DNA of 64,000 nt from Escherichia phage VEc74, in sequence record MT932213.1. The stretch is one strand, 5' to 3'. Numbering within the stretch: position 1 is the stretch's first letter; the number at the start of each line of letters is the position of its first letter. The notes under the pieces were generated by a model. The model searched no databases and was not told where the DNA came from. It saw nothing but the letters and a program-made list of their open reading frames with translations. The position numbers were made by a program, and so were the translations under genes. This document shows, in pieces, positions 10,345 through 18,743 of the stretch.

Positions 10345-10652
10345 CGGAAAGTCCCTGCAATTGGAATACTAACAATACGCCCAGTATCTAAAATTCGCTG
10401 ATATAATCTTTGTGTGTCTACGTCAGGCTTAACATGTTTAACTTCTATTTTATTAAACCAAAATTTACGTGGAGTCTCAACTAATCTTGGAATTCCCTTA
10501 CCTAAAGCTAGTTGATACTGCTCTTTAAGAGTGGTAAATACTTTATCAGCAATCTTCCATTCAAAAAATACAGCAGGGCGATGTTCATCAAGCGGAACTG
10601 GCGCCGTAAATCCGTCTTTGTCTCGGTAAACTATCGCATATACATAAACCAT
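10341..10652 (-). CDS. hypothetical protein (dda.1 position)
   Basis: 103-aa ORF. Confidence 0.45.
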   Translation of the reverse strand: MVYVYAIVYRDKDGFTAPVPLDEHRPAVFFEWKIADKVFTTLKEQYQLALGKGIPRLVETPRKFWFNKIEVKHVKPDVDTQRLYQRILDTGRIVSIPIAGTFR

Positions 10653-10653
10653 A

Positions 10654-11400
10654 TTATCCTCGGATAAGTTTAAAAATTGAACAATTCAGCGGATATCCTT
10701 TTTTCAGTTTAAGTTTATCAATAAAAGACAAGTTTTGATACCGCTCTACACCTTGAATAATTTTATCACACATATCATATTGCATTTCTGCTTCTGACAA
10801 CTTTTTCACAATTTTCCAATCCGAGCCTTTAAGAAGAACGTTCAGTTTAACAACTTCAGCGCCTTCTGCTATGCGAGAACCATCAATACGAGCTTTAAGT
10901 GCTATAATCCTCAGCTTAATGTCAGAGGTCTGTTTTGATTTAGAAAGCTGAGAAATGTGTTCAATTCGGTTTTCACGTTTTTTCTGTATAGCTTTAATTT
11001 GATTATAAGTCTTTTTGATTTTAGCCCATTTCTTTTCATCTAAATTTAGTTTATGAACTTTTTTCGCAGATGAACGACCAATTCGCAAAGCAAATAAATC
11101 ACGCTTTTCAATCAACTCTTCTAAAGTATAATCAGAACGAAATGTATTATACTTTTTCTTTACTGCAATAACATTCCCTTTAATGTATCCAATGTTATTA
11201 TCAAAACGTTCTAATGATAATTTCTCTCCTTCAATACGATTATCAAAAGGTTCTCCTGAGTAAGCACAAACTTTTTGATCTAAAATGTTCTTAATGTAAT
11301 TGAAGTCTAAGTTAAAATCTTTAGAACGTCTTTTTGCAGATGCCTGAGTATGCTCTAGACGACGTTTAATTTTACGAATTTGATTATTAGACAGTTTCAT
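10654..11400 (-). CDS. hypothetical basic protein at the srd position
   Basis: 248-aa lysine/arginine-rich ORF between dda.1 and modA. Confidence 0.4.
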   Translation of the reverse strand: MKLSNNQIRKIKRRLEHTQASAKRRSKDFNLDFNYIKNILDQKVCAYSGEPFDNRIEGEKLSLERFDNNIGYIKGNVIAVKKKYNTFRSDYTLEELIEKRDLFALRIGRSSAKKVHKLNLDEKKWAKIKKTYNQIKAIQKKRENRIEHISQLSKSKQTSDIKLRIIALKARIDGSRIAEGAEVVKLNVLLKGSDWKIVKKLSEAEMQYDMCDKIIQGVERYQNLSFIDKLKLKKGYPLNCSIFKLIRG

Positions 11401-11437
11401 ATTTTTCTCACATCTTACGGACGGGTTAACTACTTAT

Positions 11438-11467
11438 ACTATAACATTTTTACTTTAACTTGTAAAC
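11438..11467 (-). promoter_or_regulatory. T4-type early promoter
   Basis: GTTTAC, 17 bp, TATAGT, with an A/T-rich upstream element. Confidence 0.5.
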
Positions 11468-11523
11468 AACTTTATGAAAAATGCTTTAAAACTTTCATGG
11501 TATAATGAATCTAAGTCCTTCCA

Positions 11524-12126
11524 TTATAGATTAAATCCTTCAAAATCAAGAGTATAGATAGTGTATGTTGAATACTTTTTGTACTCATATCTATCTGCAA
11601 TTCTAAATACACTTCCAGCTGGTATCATTACTTCTTGTTCATCTGAAACTAATTCCATATTACGATAACGATGACTATCCGGAAACTTAAAGTTTGGATT
11701 GTATTCTTTACAGCGTAGAGCTTTTATAGCATACTCCTGGAAATTGAATACCATAGGAGCTTTGAATTCAAAAATAACTTGTGTGTTATATTCTAAACCA
11801 GAAGCAAAATGTAGAGCTATATTTTTATCATATGAAGCTGATACTACTTTATCAAATGTAATAATATCAATTCCTTGATTTAATACTTGTTTAGTCTCAG
11901 CTGGAACACCTCTCCAAAGAGGTTTATCGTTTGGTTCCAAACGAGATTTGATTATTTCATTTAACCAAGTATGGTCATCTGGCTTATTAGTAATACAATG
12001 AATTAAAAGTTCAATTTCAGATAAATTAAACCCTTCAGAAAGTAATTCTTCACGAATAGAAGCACGCACCGATGCATCCATTGATTTTATTTTAAAATCT
12101 TTTAGTTGCATTACTGAGTATTTCAT
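11524..12126 (-). CDS. modA: ADP-ribosyltransferase ModA
   Basis: 200-aa ORF with R-S-E type motifs (LWRGV, VSAS, EQEVMIP); tandem with a ModB paralog. Confidence 0.75.
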   Translation of the reverse strand: MKYSVMQLKDFKIKSMDASVRASIREELLSEGFNLSEIELLIHCITNKPDDHTWLNEIIKSRLEPNDKPLWRGVPAETKQVLNQGIDIITFDKVVSASYDKNIALHFASGLEYNTQVIFEFKAPMVFNFQEYAIKALRCKEYNPNFKFPDSHRYRNMELVSDEQEVMIPAGSVFRIADRYEYKKYSTYTIYTLDFEGFNL

Positions 12127-12746
12127 TCAACTACCTCAATATCATAAACTTTAAATGTTCCAAATGAATCGTGTAATTTTTCTTTTGAAATAGAAGTTAT
12201 TCTATACTTTCCAGTTGGAATCATCCATTCTTGTTCACGCACAATCATCATTAAGTTATCAGTACGCTCTGAATCTAGCCCATCAGTATCTTCATACGTG
12301 TACTTAAACTCAGTATTAGGAGAAGAAAGTATAATATCGCTGATATGGTCAGAGTAATTAAAAGCTTTATCAGTTTTTAAACGAAGTATTGTTTCAGTGA
12401 AATATTCAGCATAAGAAAAAGAACACGCTGTATGCAAACTAGTAGTAAATGAATCTACCCTATTTGTTGAAAATACATCTCCAACCTGTAAATTTTCTAT
12501 TATTTCTTTTGTCGATTTTGATATACCACGATATAATTGATAAGGCGATTTAGTTAAATGCTTTTTAATGATTTCATTTAAATGCTTATGAAGAGCTTCA
12601 TTCTTTTTGGCTTCCATACATTGCCAAAGAATTGACTGTTCAAAGTCAGTAAATTTTTCACAGACCTTTTTATACATATCATATTGAAAATCAACGCTTT
12701 CAGCTTTTATAGATAACTGTTCAACATCTGCAAGATTAATAATCAT
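12123..12746 (-). CDS. modB: ADP-ribosyltransferase ModB
   Basis: 207-aa paralog of ModA (YRGIS, EQEWMIP). Confidence 0.75.
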   Translation of the reverse strand: MIINLADVEQLSIKAESVDFQYDMYKKVCEKFTDFEQSILWQCMEAKKNEALHKHLNEIIKKHLTKSPYQLYRGISKSTKEIIENLQVGDVFSTNRVDSFTTSLHTACSFSYAEYFTETILRLKTDKAFNYSDHISDIILSSPNTEFKYTYEDTDGLDSERTDNLMMIVREQEWMIPTGKYRITSISKEKLHDSFGTFKVYDIEVVE

Positions 12747-12772
12747 GATAGCCTCCGTATACTTCAGAAGCT

Positions 12773-12802
12773 ATCATATCATTGTTAGAAAGGAAAGTAA
12801 AC
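12773..12802 (-). promoter_or_regulatory. T4-type early promoter
   Basis: GTTTAC, 17 bp, TATGAT upstream of modB. Confidence 0.5.
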
Positions 12803-12813
12803 AACTTTTTGAA

Positions 12814-12996
12814 TTATTTTGCCCAGGGAGCCCAAGGCGGAGGGTCAAGATGGTATGAAGCTAGTTCTTCTAGAAGAGCATCTGGGGCTTCAATTCCATA
12901 ATTCTGTAATACTATACGGTACTCTTTCTTATAATCACTAGAATCATTCTGGATATTCGTAGAATGATTATCTTCTAACATCTCAAATAAATCCAT
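12814..12996 (-). CDS. hypothetical protein
   Basis: 60-aa ORF. Confidence 0.4.
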   Translation of the reverse strand: MDLFEMLEDNHSTNIQNDSSDYKKEYRIVLQNYGIEAPDALLEELASYHLDPPPWAPWAK

Positions 12997-13004
12997 ATTA
13001 ATTC

Positions 13005-13475
13005 CTAGCGATAAAAACCAAATTGACGATTAGCTTCAATAATCTTTCTTTCTTCTTCGGACATTCTCCAGCGTAGTCCAACATCAAAATGAGCCCAGAC
13101 CATCTTAACAAATGCGTGTATGTCTTTAATATCTTCAATAATGAACGTTTTACTTTTAAAAGGCTGACTCGCTAATTTAACTTTATCATCTTCAAACAGG
13201 TCAAAAAGACCGTATTCATGAGCTCTTTTATAGCCTTTAATAGTTAAAGCCTCAGAAGAAGAAAACGGTGAATCGGTATTATGCAAAATATCTTCAGTAT
13301 GCTTTATAATTAGAATAACATTTTCTGGATATTTTCTTTCTTTTATATCTTTAATTAAACTATCTGGATTTTCTGCTAAAGGAATAATCAATGAGCAATT
13401 TTTATCAAGCGTATTTACTGATTTACCTTCTTTAGACATAAATTCTATTGAATAATGTTTTGCTACTTCAATCAT
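13005..13475 (-). CDS. hypothetical protein
   Basis: 156-aa ORF. Confidence 0.45.
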
Positions 13476-13632
13476 GTGATTTCCTTTTGCCTACTAATGG
13501 ACCGTCGGGAATTTTGTTTTCCTGGATATACTTCTCATTTTCTTCCATCATTTTACTACCAATTTTAAGAAGCAAATCCATTGCTTCATTTGCTTTAGCT
13601 TTAGCCTCTTCTAACGTCATATCTTTGTTCAT
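13468..13632 (-). CDS. small hypothetical protein
   Basis: 54-aa ORF with ATGA overlap at both ends; hand-translated. Confidence 0.35.
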
Positions 13633-13832
13633 GATTTATCACCATAGATGTCTCTCATCAATTTAAGCGCTGAGCGTTCTAATTTCTTTTCTTTCTCAGC
13701 ACTAATCATTGATTTCATCCATTCTTCCGATTCATTCTGCATTTCTTTATTTGCTTGTTCAACCCAACCATCATCAATATACATTGAGTTTGGTCTACTG
13801 AACCATTCAAGCATCTTCTTCAGAACTTTCAT
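13629..13832 (-). CDS. hypothetical protein
   Basis: 67-aa ORF. Confidence 0.4.
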
Positions 13833-14304
13833 TTGTTTTACCTAAAACAATAGTAGGAGCATCGTCAAATTCATGAATTTTGAGTAAATTTGGATTTAAA
13901 TTATTCCATACATAATAAATAAAGTATGATAAAGCATCTTCACTCGCAATTATAAATTTATTTCCTTTATCTATTTTCCAGTCATATACTGAATCGTACG
14001 AATAAAAAGATAAAGGGTTATCATTATATTGTTCTGCGCTAACATTAATGTATTCGGATTTAGTAAATGCTTCAATTGCTCTAAACGGACTATTTGACAC
14101 AGTTTCAATAATTCCGATCTTTTTAAGTTTTATTTCAGCATCTTCTGGAACTGGCATTGAAACGAAATTTTCTACGAGATACATAGGGTTACGATAACCC
14201 TTATCAATCATTACGGCTACAGTAATTGGAACATCTTTAGCAAACGACATACTATTACTGCTAATATACATTTCAAACAAAATCGCTTCCATAATTTTCC
14301 TCAA
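13807..14304 (-). CDS. hypothetical protein
   Basis: 165-aa ORF. Confidence 0.45.
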   Translation of the reverse strand: MRKIMEAILFEMYISSNSMSFAKDVPITVAVMIDKGYRNPMYLVENFVSMPVPEDAEIKLKKIGIIETVSNSPFRAIEAFTKSEYINVSAEQYNDNPLSFYSYDSVYDWKIDKGNKFIIASEDALSYFIYYVWNNLNPNLLKIHEFDDAPTIVLGKTNESSEEDA

Positions 14305-14642
14305 TCACAAGATGTAGATGAACAACTAGAATCACAAGAACTTCCACATGAATCGCCCGTCCATACATGAACAGGAACATTAGTATCATATGAATCAGAA
14401 CTAGACTGTGTATTCTGTGTATTAGATGATGTAGTAGGTGTTGACCAGCGCCAAGGATTTTTATAATATTCTTGGGCTTCTTCATAAGTCATAGTAACTG
14501 CTTCTACTGTTCCATCTCCCATATAAACATATTCAACTACAGTTAAAGGAAGGTAATCGTTTGAAATAGGAACTACACCTTCCCCAGGAGTTGTAGAGAA
14601 AAAATCCGTAAAGAAACTTTTAAACCAATTAAAGATAAACAT
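14301..14642 (-). CDS. hypothetical protein with a Cys/Ser-rich C-terminal tail
   Basis: 113-aa ORF ending [18 protein letters not shown]. Confidence 0.45.
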   Translation of the reverse strand: MFIFNWFKSFFTDFFSTTPGEGVVPISNDYLPLTVVEYVYMGDGTVEAVTMTYEEAQEYYKNPWRWSTPTTSSNTQNTQSSSDSYDTNVPVHVWTGDSCGSSCDSSCSSTSCD

Positions 14643-14854
14643 TACAAAAAGCCTCTTTGAAATTCGACTCTTTGAAATCCACCCCAGTCAGTGTATCGCA
14701 TTTCAGCATTGAACTCGACTGAACCATCTGCATGCATCATGAATGAATGCGTGACGATATCACAATCCCAGCTTTTCATACCCCATTTATCAGAGATAGC
14801 TTTATCAAGAACCTTCTGGAGGTCTTCATTTGGTTTAATCCAACGATTTAACAT
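14642..14854 (-). CDS. hypothetical protein
   Basis: 70-aa ORF downstream of a hairpin-plus-promoter unit. Confidence 0.4.
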   Translation of the reverse strand: MLNRWIKPNEDLQKVLDKAISDKWGMKSWDCDIVTHSFMMHADGSVEFNAEMRYTDWGGFQRVEFQRGFL

Positions 14855-14880
14855 GGTGTTCTCCTCTATAAGATATTTTT

Positions 14881-14910
14881 ATTATACCATACTCATTTTG
14901 GAAAGTAAAC
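14881..14910 (-). promoter_or_regulatory. T4-type early promoter (part of a PeSL-like unit)
   Basis: GTTTAC, 17 bp, TGGTATAAT. Confidence 0.55.
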
Positions 14911-14924
14911 CGTTTAAATGAAAA

Positions 14925-14946
14925 AAGGACTCCCGAAGGAGTCCTT
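14925..14946 (-). terminator. rho-independent terminator after soc
   Basis: GGACUCC-UUCG-GGAGUCC hairpin followed by UUUUUU on the minus strand. Confidence 0.65.
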
Positions 14947-14950
14947 AAAT

Positions 14951-15196
14951 TTATTCACCAGTTACTTTCCACAAATCTTCATTTGCAGCAATCCATGCAG
15001 CACGTTGATTTTCTTCATATACTGTAGAATATGCTGCTTTTTCTGAAGGGAATATCTGGTAATGAGCACCAGAAATTTTGTGAACGTCAGAATAAAGAGG
15101 GAAAGCTACAGAAATTTCCTTTCCTTCAATTTTCTTATTTCCATCTAATTTCTGCTCAAATGTTTTGATATTAACATAACCGCGAGTACTAGCCAT
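14951..15196 (-). CDS. soc: small outer capsid protein Soc
   Basis: 81-aa ORF between the mod region and gene 56, with a late promoter and terminator. Confidence 0.75.
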   Translation of the reverse strand: MASTRGYVNIKTFEQKLDGNKKIEGKEISVAFPLYSDVHKISGAHYQIFPSEKAAYSTVYEENQRAAWIAANEDLWKVTGE

Positions 15197-15226
15197 GTAA
15201 TTCTCCTTTTATTTAAATTACATGAT

Positions 15227-15234
15227 TATTTATA
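15227..15234 (-). promoter_or_regulatory. late promoter (TATAAATA)
   Basis: exact TATAAATA on the minus strand about 30 nt upstream of the soc ATG. Confidence 0.6.
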
Positions 15235-15278
15235 ATAATTCTCACGGCTTTTAAGTCGTCGTTTAAATAAACGAGCTA

Positions 15279-15797
15279 TTAATAACCTCGGTCTTGACGT
15301 GCGAAATTTTCAGCATTTTTCAGGTAATAAAGTTTAAAGATTTCTTCAGCCGTAAGACCAAGACCTTGGAACATGTTCAGAACAAAATGGAGAATATCAA
15401 TCATTTCAAATTTAATTTCCAACTGGTCTTGTGGAGACAAATCAGTAATCAAAGTTTCACGGCGTTCACCATGCTGCGACTTCCAAGGTTTCCATACAGC
15501 AGATGCATCTTTTTCGCCGTTGCTCATACCACCAAGAGAAGTCAAAAGTTCGCGGAATTCATCATCAATATAATCTTTCTGATTGCGCAGCCAATCAACA
15601 ACTTCACCTGCAGTAGCCAAATCATCAGGATGACGGTTATATTCAGGTTTATCTTTAGCTAAACGAACCTGCAAAGATTTCTGCATATCAAGCATAACTT
15701 GCAGCGGGTCTTTTTCATCACCGAGAATATCCCAGTATTCATTTTGAGCTTTATCAGCGCCTTCGATCAATTGTGAACATTCATTAAAGTATGCCAT
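15279..15797 (-). CDS. 56: dCTPase/dCDPase gp56 (MazG-like)
   Basis: ORF starting MAYFNE at an internal ATG with an AAGGA RBS; the tracked N-terminal extension is hydrophobic and likely spurious. Confidence 0.7.
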   Translation of the reverse strand: MAYFNECSQLIEGADKAQNEYWDILGDEKDPLQVMLDMQKSLQVRLAKDKPEYNRHPDDLATAGEVVDWLRNQKDYIDDEFRELLTSLGGMSNGEKDASAVWKPWKSQHGERRETLITDLSPQDQLEIKFEMIDILHFVLNMFQGLGLTAEEIFKLYYLKNAENFARQDRGY

Positions 15798-15868
15798 TAT
15801 TTTTCCTTTCAATTCATGGATTAGTAGATTAATTATACAATAAATATATAAAGCAATAAGGAGGACAT

Positions 15869-16069
15869 ATGGTACAAAAATTAATGGCACTTGTTAATGC
15901 CATCAAAGGTAATAAAAAGCGTATAGCTTTTACTATTTCTGCTATGGTAGGAATTTTACTCTGGAACTTTATTTTATCACCTGTTGCAATTGCGCATGGT
16001 ATTAATATTCCAGTAGTTACTCTTGATACATTCGTAGATTTAGCATTTGCTTTAGTTGGGTTAATTTAA
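15869..16069 (+). CDS. small hydrophobic protein encoded on the opposite strand
   Basis: 66-aa ORF with two predicted TM segments, AAGGAGG SD before the ATG, no minus-strand ORF in the 56-61 intergenic interval. Confidence 0.35.
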   Translation: MVQKLMALVNAIKGNKKRIAFTISAMVGILLWNFILSPVAIAHGINIPVVTLDTFVDLAFALVGLI

Positions 16070-17094
16070 ATCTTAGCATATTTAGATAACCGCATTTTAG
16101 CCATCAACCCCTGGGCAATATTATTTTTCATATATTCCATAATTTGTTCAGGGGTTGCACCTTCCTTTCTAATCATATCATTAACATCTTTTGATTTCCA
16201 GGGAGATTTATCCCAAAACATAACCCTTTCTCCTGCATCAACTAATTTAGTCATTCGCTTAATAGTGTCAGGATGACGAGGTTCATTATCTAAAACCCAC
16301 ACTCGTCTATCTTTAAATGGAACAATTTCTAGGTCTAATTGACCACCCGTAATAGCTATACCATTTTCAATAAAAAGTGAATCTATAGGTCCTTCTAGAA
16401 CATATACATCGCCATCTTTAACTCGTTCGACTCCATAGATTTTTGTTGCCTCAGGATAAGCTTTGATGGTGATATATTTTTGAGGAGCATCTTTCTTTAA
16501 TGCACGTCCTTGAAAAGACTCAGCTTTTCCACTAGCATTATAAATTGGAATAACGAGACGAGGCTCAGGTATTTCCTTTTTATATGTTCCCGGTGCTATG
16601 CTATTAACTAATTTAGGCCATTCAGTTGTAAACCAAAGATATTTCCATTTATCCTTTGGAATACAACGAGCTTTTACGTATTTTATAATTGGATGGTCTT
16701 CCGTCAGTTTATCTAATCTAACACATGACGGAAGAGATTTAATTATTTTCTTCTCAGGTTGTTTAGGAAGTTCTTTAGGTTTTTCTACTGGACGACTTTT
16801 ACCTTTTTCTTTTCTTATTTCAAAGATATACTCACGATATAAATCAGGTTCAAACTCCTTTAAATATATTCCGATTGGTGCATGATAGTTACAGTTATAA
16901 CAATGAATATTTCCTTCATTATTATCACCATAATACCATCCACGAGCTTTATTCTGGTCGGTTTTTGAATCTCCACAAACAGGGCATCTAAACCGTAATT
17001 TAAAAGTTGAACTATTATTTACTTGTGTGAATTTAGGTAAATGAGCTAATGCACGATACGCAAACTCATTATCAATCCAAGGTATTGATGACAT
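16066..17094 (-). CDS. 61: DNA primase gp61
   Basis: 342-aa ORF with an N-terminal zinc ribbon (CPVCGDS...HCYNC) and a TOPRIM-like core. Confidence 0.85.
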   Translation of the reverse strand: MSSIPWIDNEFAYRALAHLPKFTQVNNSSTFKLRFRCPVCGDSKTDQNKARGWYYGDNNEGNIHCYNCNYHAPIGIYLKEFEPDLYREYIFEIRKEKGKSRPVEKPKELPKQPEKKIIKSLPSCVRLDKLTEDHPIIKYVKARCIPKDKWKYLWFTTEWPKLVNSIAPGTYKKEIPEPRLVIPIYNASGKAESFQGRALKKDAPQKYITIKAYPEATKIYGVERVKDGDVYVLEGPIDSLFIENGIAITGGQLDLEIVPFKDRRVWVLDNEPRHPDTIKRMTKLVDAGERVMFWDKSPWKSKDVNDMIRKEGATPEQIMEYMKNNIAQGLMAKMRLSKYAKI

Positions 17095-17096
17095 TT

Positions 17097-17261
17097 TTAC
17101 TCTTCTTTTTCTTTAGATTCCTCTTTTTTCTTTTTAGGAATCTGTTCAGGACCTTTATTTACTACAGCGCCTGACGTTGTTCCGGTAGAGATATTTTCAG
17201 GATTACCACCTGAATCTCCAGCGACCATATCTTCTTTGATAAATTCTTTATATGTTTTCAT
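17097..17261 (-). CDS. small protein with a capsid-targeting-sequence-like N-terminus
   Basis: 54-aa ORF MKTYKEFIKE..., GAGG RBS, start abuts the stop of the upstream gene; hand-translated and below the ORF-track cutoff. Confidence 0.4.
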   Translation of the reverse strand: MKTYKEFIKEDMVAGDSGGNPENISTGTTSGAVVNKGPEQIPKKKKEESKEKEE

Positions 17262-17262
17262 A

Positions 17263-17889
17263 TTAACCTCTATTCATAAAAGCATTAAAAATTTGGTCAT
17301 CAATAGAAACATTTACTTTAGACTGTTTTTCTGATGGTAATTCATATCCACATATTACAATTTTGTGATCAATATCAAAATACACAGAAGCAATATGATT
17401 AATGATGTTTTCAGTAAAGTCTAAATCAACATCAATATCTTTTTGACCACAGCCCAAAGGATAAATAATGCGAGTAATTCGATTATCTTTAACAAAGATT
17501 CCACCGACATACTCTGTGCTGCGTTTAAAGTCTACACGCCGACGAAATGAAAAATATTCAGGCTCTTTATGAGCTCGGCTCATAGGGCACAACGAATAAC
17601 TAGAATAAGAGATGTCAAATCCTACGCCTTCAATATGAACTAAATTGTCATGATTAAACCAATTATAATCATATGCCAAGTCCATTAGATTGTCATATGT
17701 GAAAGGCACCGGATTAACATCATTGGTCACAAGCATATAATTGGCAACTGCTATAATTTCATTATTTTTAACGAATACAAACCGTGATTGATGCGAATGA
17801 CCTGGACCTGCGTTTTCACGATTAATGATATAACACTGGGCACCTTTATATTTGTACGTGTCTTTACACTTGTGCATTTGATAAAGCAT
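17263..17889 (-). CDS. hypothetical protein (61.1/61.2 position)
   Basis: 208-aa ORF. Confidence 0.5.
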   Translation of the reverse strand: MLYQMHKCKDTYKYKGAQCYIINRENAGPGHSHQSRFVFVKNNEIIAVANYMLVTNDVNPVPFTYDNLMDLAYDYNWFNHDNLVHIEGVGFDISYSSYSLCPMSRAHKEPEYFSFRRRVDFKRSTEYVGGIFVKDNRITRIIYPLGCGQKDIDVDLDFTENIINHIASVYFDIDHKIVICGYELPSEKQSKVNVSIDDQIFNAFMNRG

Positions 17890-18182
17890 TATTCACCTAC
17901 TACTTCAGCGATGATATTTTTATTATTGAAGTTTTTATCGCAATACAGAACATAATTATACTGCATTACACCACCAGACTTAAGTTGTTTTTGCACTTCA
18001 GCTTTCATTTCAGGACGATCGCGCTCAACGATATTCATAATATCTGCTTCAATTTGAGTTTCAACCTCAGTCTGATCAGCAGTCATAGACCATTCGCACA
18101 AATCTTTATCATAACCTGCCATAGCAGGCTGAGCAGCACAAGAAGCTAAAGCAAAAATTGTAGCAAAGATAAATTTTTTCAT
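17889..18182 (-). CDS. sp: Spackle periplasmic protein (superinfection exclusion)
   Basis: 97-aa ORF with a signal peptide at the 61.3 position; T4 Sp is 97 aa. Confidence 0.6.
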   Translation of the reverse strand: MKKFIFATIFALASCAAQPAMAGYDKDLCEWSMTADQTEVETQIEADIMNIVERDRPEMKAEVQKQLKSGGVMQYNYVLYCDKNFNNKNIIAEVVGE

Positions 18183-18210
18183 GATAATCTCCTCAGTAGT
18201 TTATGTTTAT

Positions 18211-18240
18211 ATAGTATCTCAATTTCCAATAAAAGTAAAC
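18211..18240 (-). promoter_or_regulatory. T4-type early promoter
   Basis: GTTTAC, 17 bp, TACTAT. Confidence 0.5.
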
Positions 18241-18242
18241 AG

Positions 18243-18539
18243 TTATTTTAAAACTTTTGCATAATCACATGTTACAAACTGTTTCTCTAGCTTGACGATT
18301 TTACGAAAGTATCTTTTGCATTGACGAATCTGCCTCTTCGTAGGACGTACAGCAAACTTAATAAATTCCACTCGACCAAATGGAGGACTTTCTTCTGCTG
18401 GAATATCTAACACCAATTCCCACGTATCTGCAATAAGTGCTTTGAATTGCGTATTTTTCCTGACGTTATACGGAGTAGGTTTAAATAAAACAATATGCAT
18501 ATTATCCTCGGCAATCCACTTCACATACTTTCTTGTCAT
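18243..18539 (-). CDS. hypothetical protein (61.4 position)
   Basis: ORF overlapping the dmd 3' end; start taken at the first ATG. Confidence 0.4.
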   Translation of the reverse strand: MTRKYVKWIAEDNMHIVLFKPTPYNVRKNTQFKALIADTWELVLDIPAEESPPFGRVEFIKFAVRPTKRQIRQCKRYFRKIVKLEKQFVTCDYAKVLK

Positions 18540-18684
18540 CAATGAAAGCTTTAACTAATGCTTTATTAACTTCAGCATATTGAGTAGTAGCCCATTGAAC
18601 GTCATCTTTCATCATTGTGATTTCTTTAGTAAACATGCTTTCATTCTTAAACCACCCCATAAAAACTACCTTTACCAATTCCAT
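18502..18684 (-). CDS. dmd: Dmd (discriminator of mRNA degradation)
   Basis: 60-aa ORF immediately downstream of gene 41; size and position match T4 61.5/dmd. Confidence 0.55.
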   Translation of the reverse strand: MELVKVVFMGWFKNESMFTKEITMMKDDVQWATTQYAEVNKALVKAFIDDKKVCEVDCRG

Positions 18685-18713
18685 AACAATCTCCTCATTT
18701 AACCAACAAGACT

Positions 18714-18743
18714 ACTATACCATAGTCTTGTCAGCTTGTAAAC
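18714..18743 (-). promoter_or_regulatory. T4-type early promoter
   Basis: GTTTAC, 17 bp, TGGTATAGT; the -35 overlaps the gene 41 stop codon. Confidence 0.5.

Noticed and set aside
14273-14485. 70-aa His/Leu-rich minus-strand ORF
   Set aside because: Fully overlapped by two better-supported ORFs (13807-14304 and 14301-14642) in other frames.
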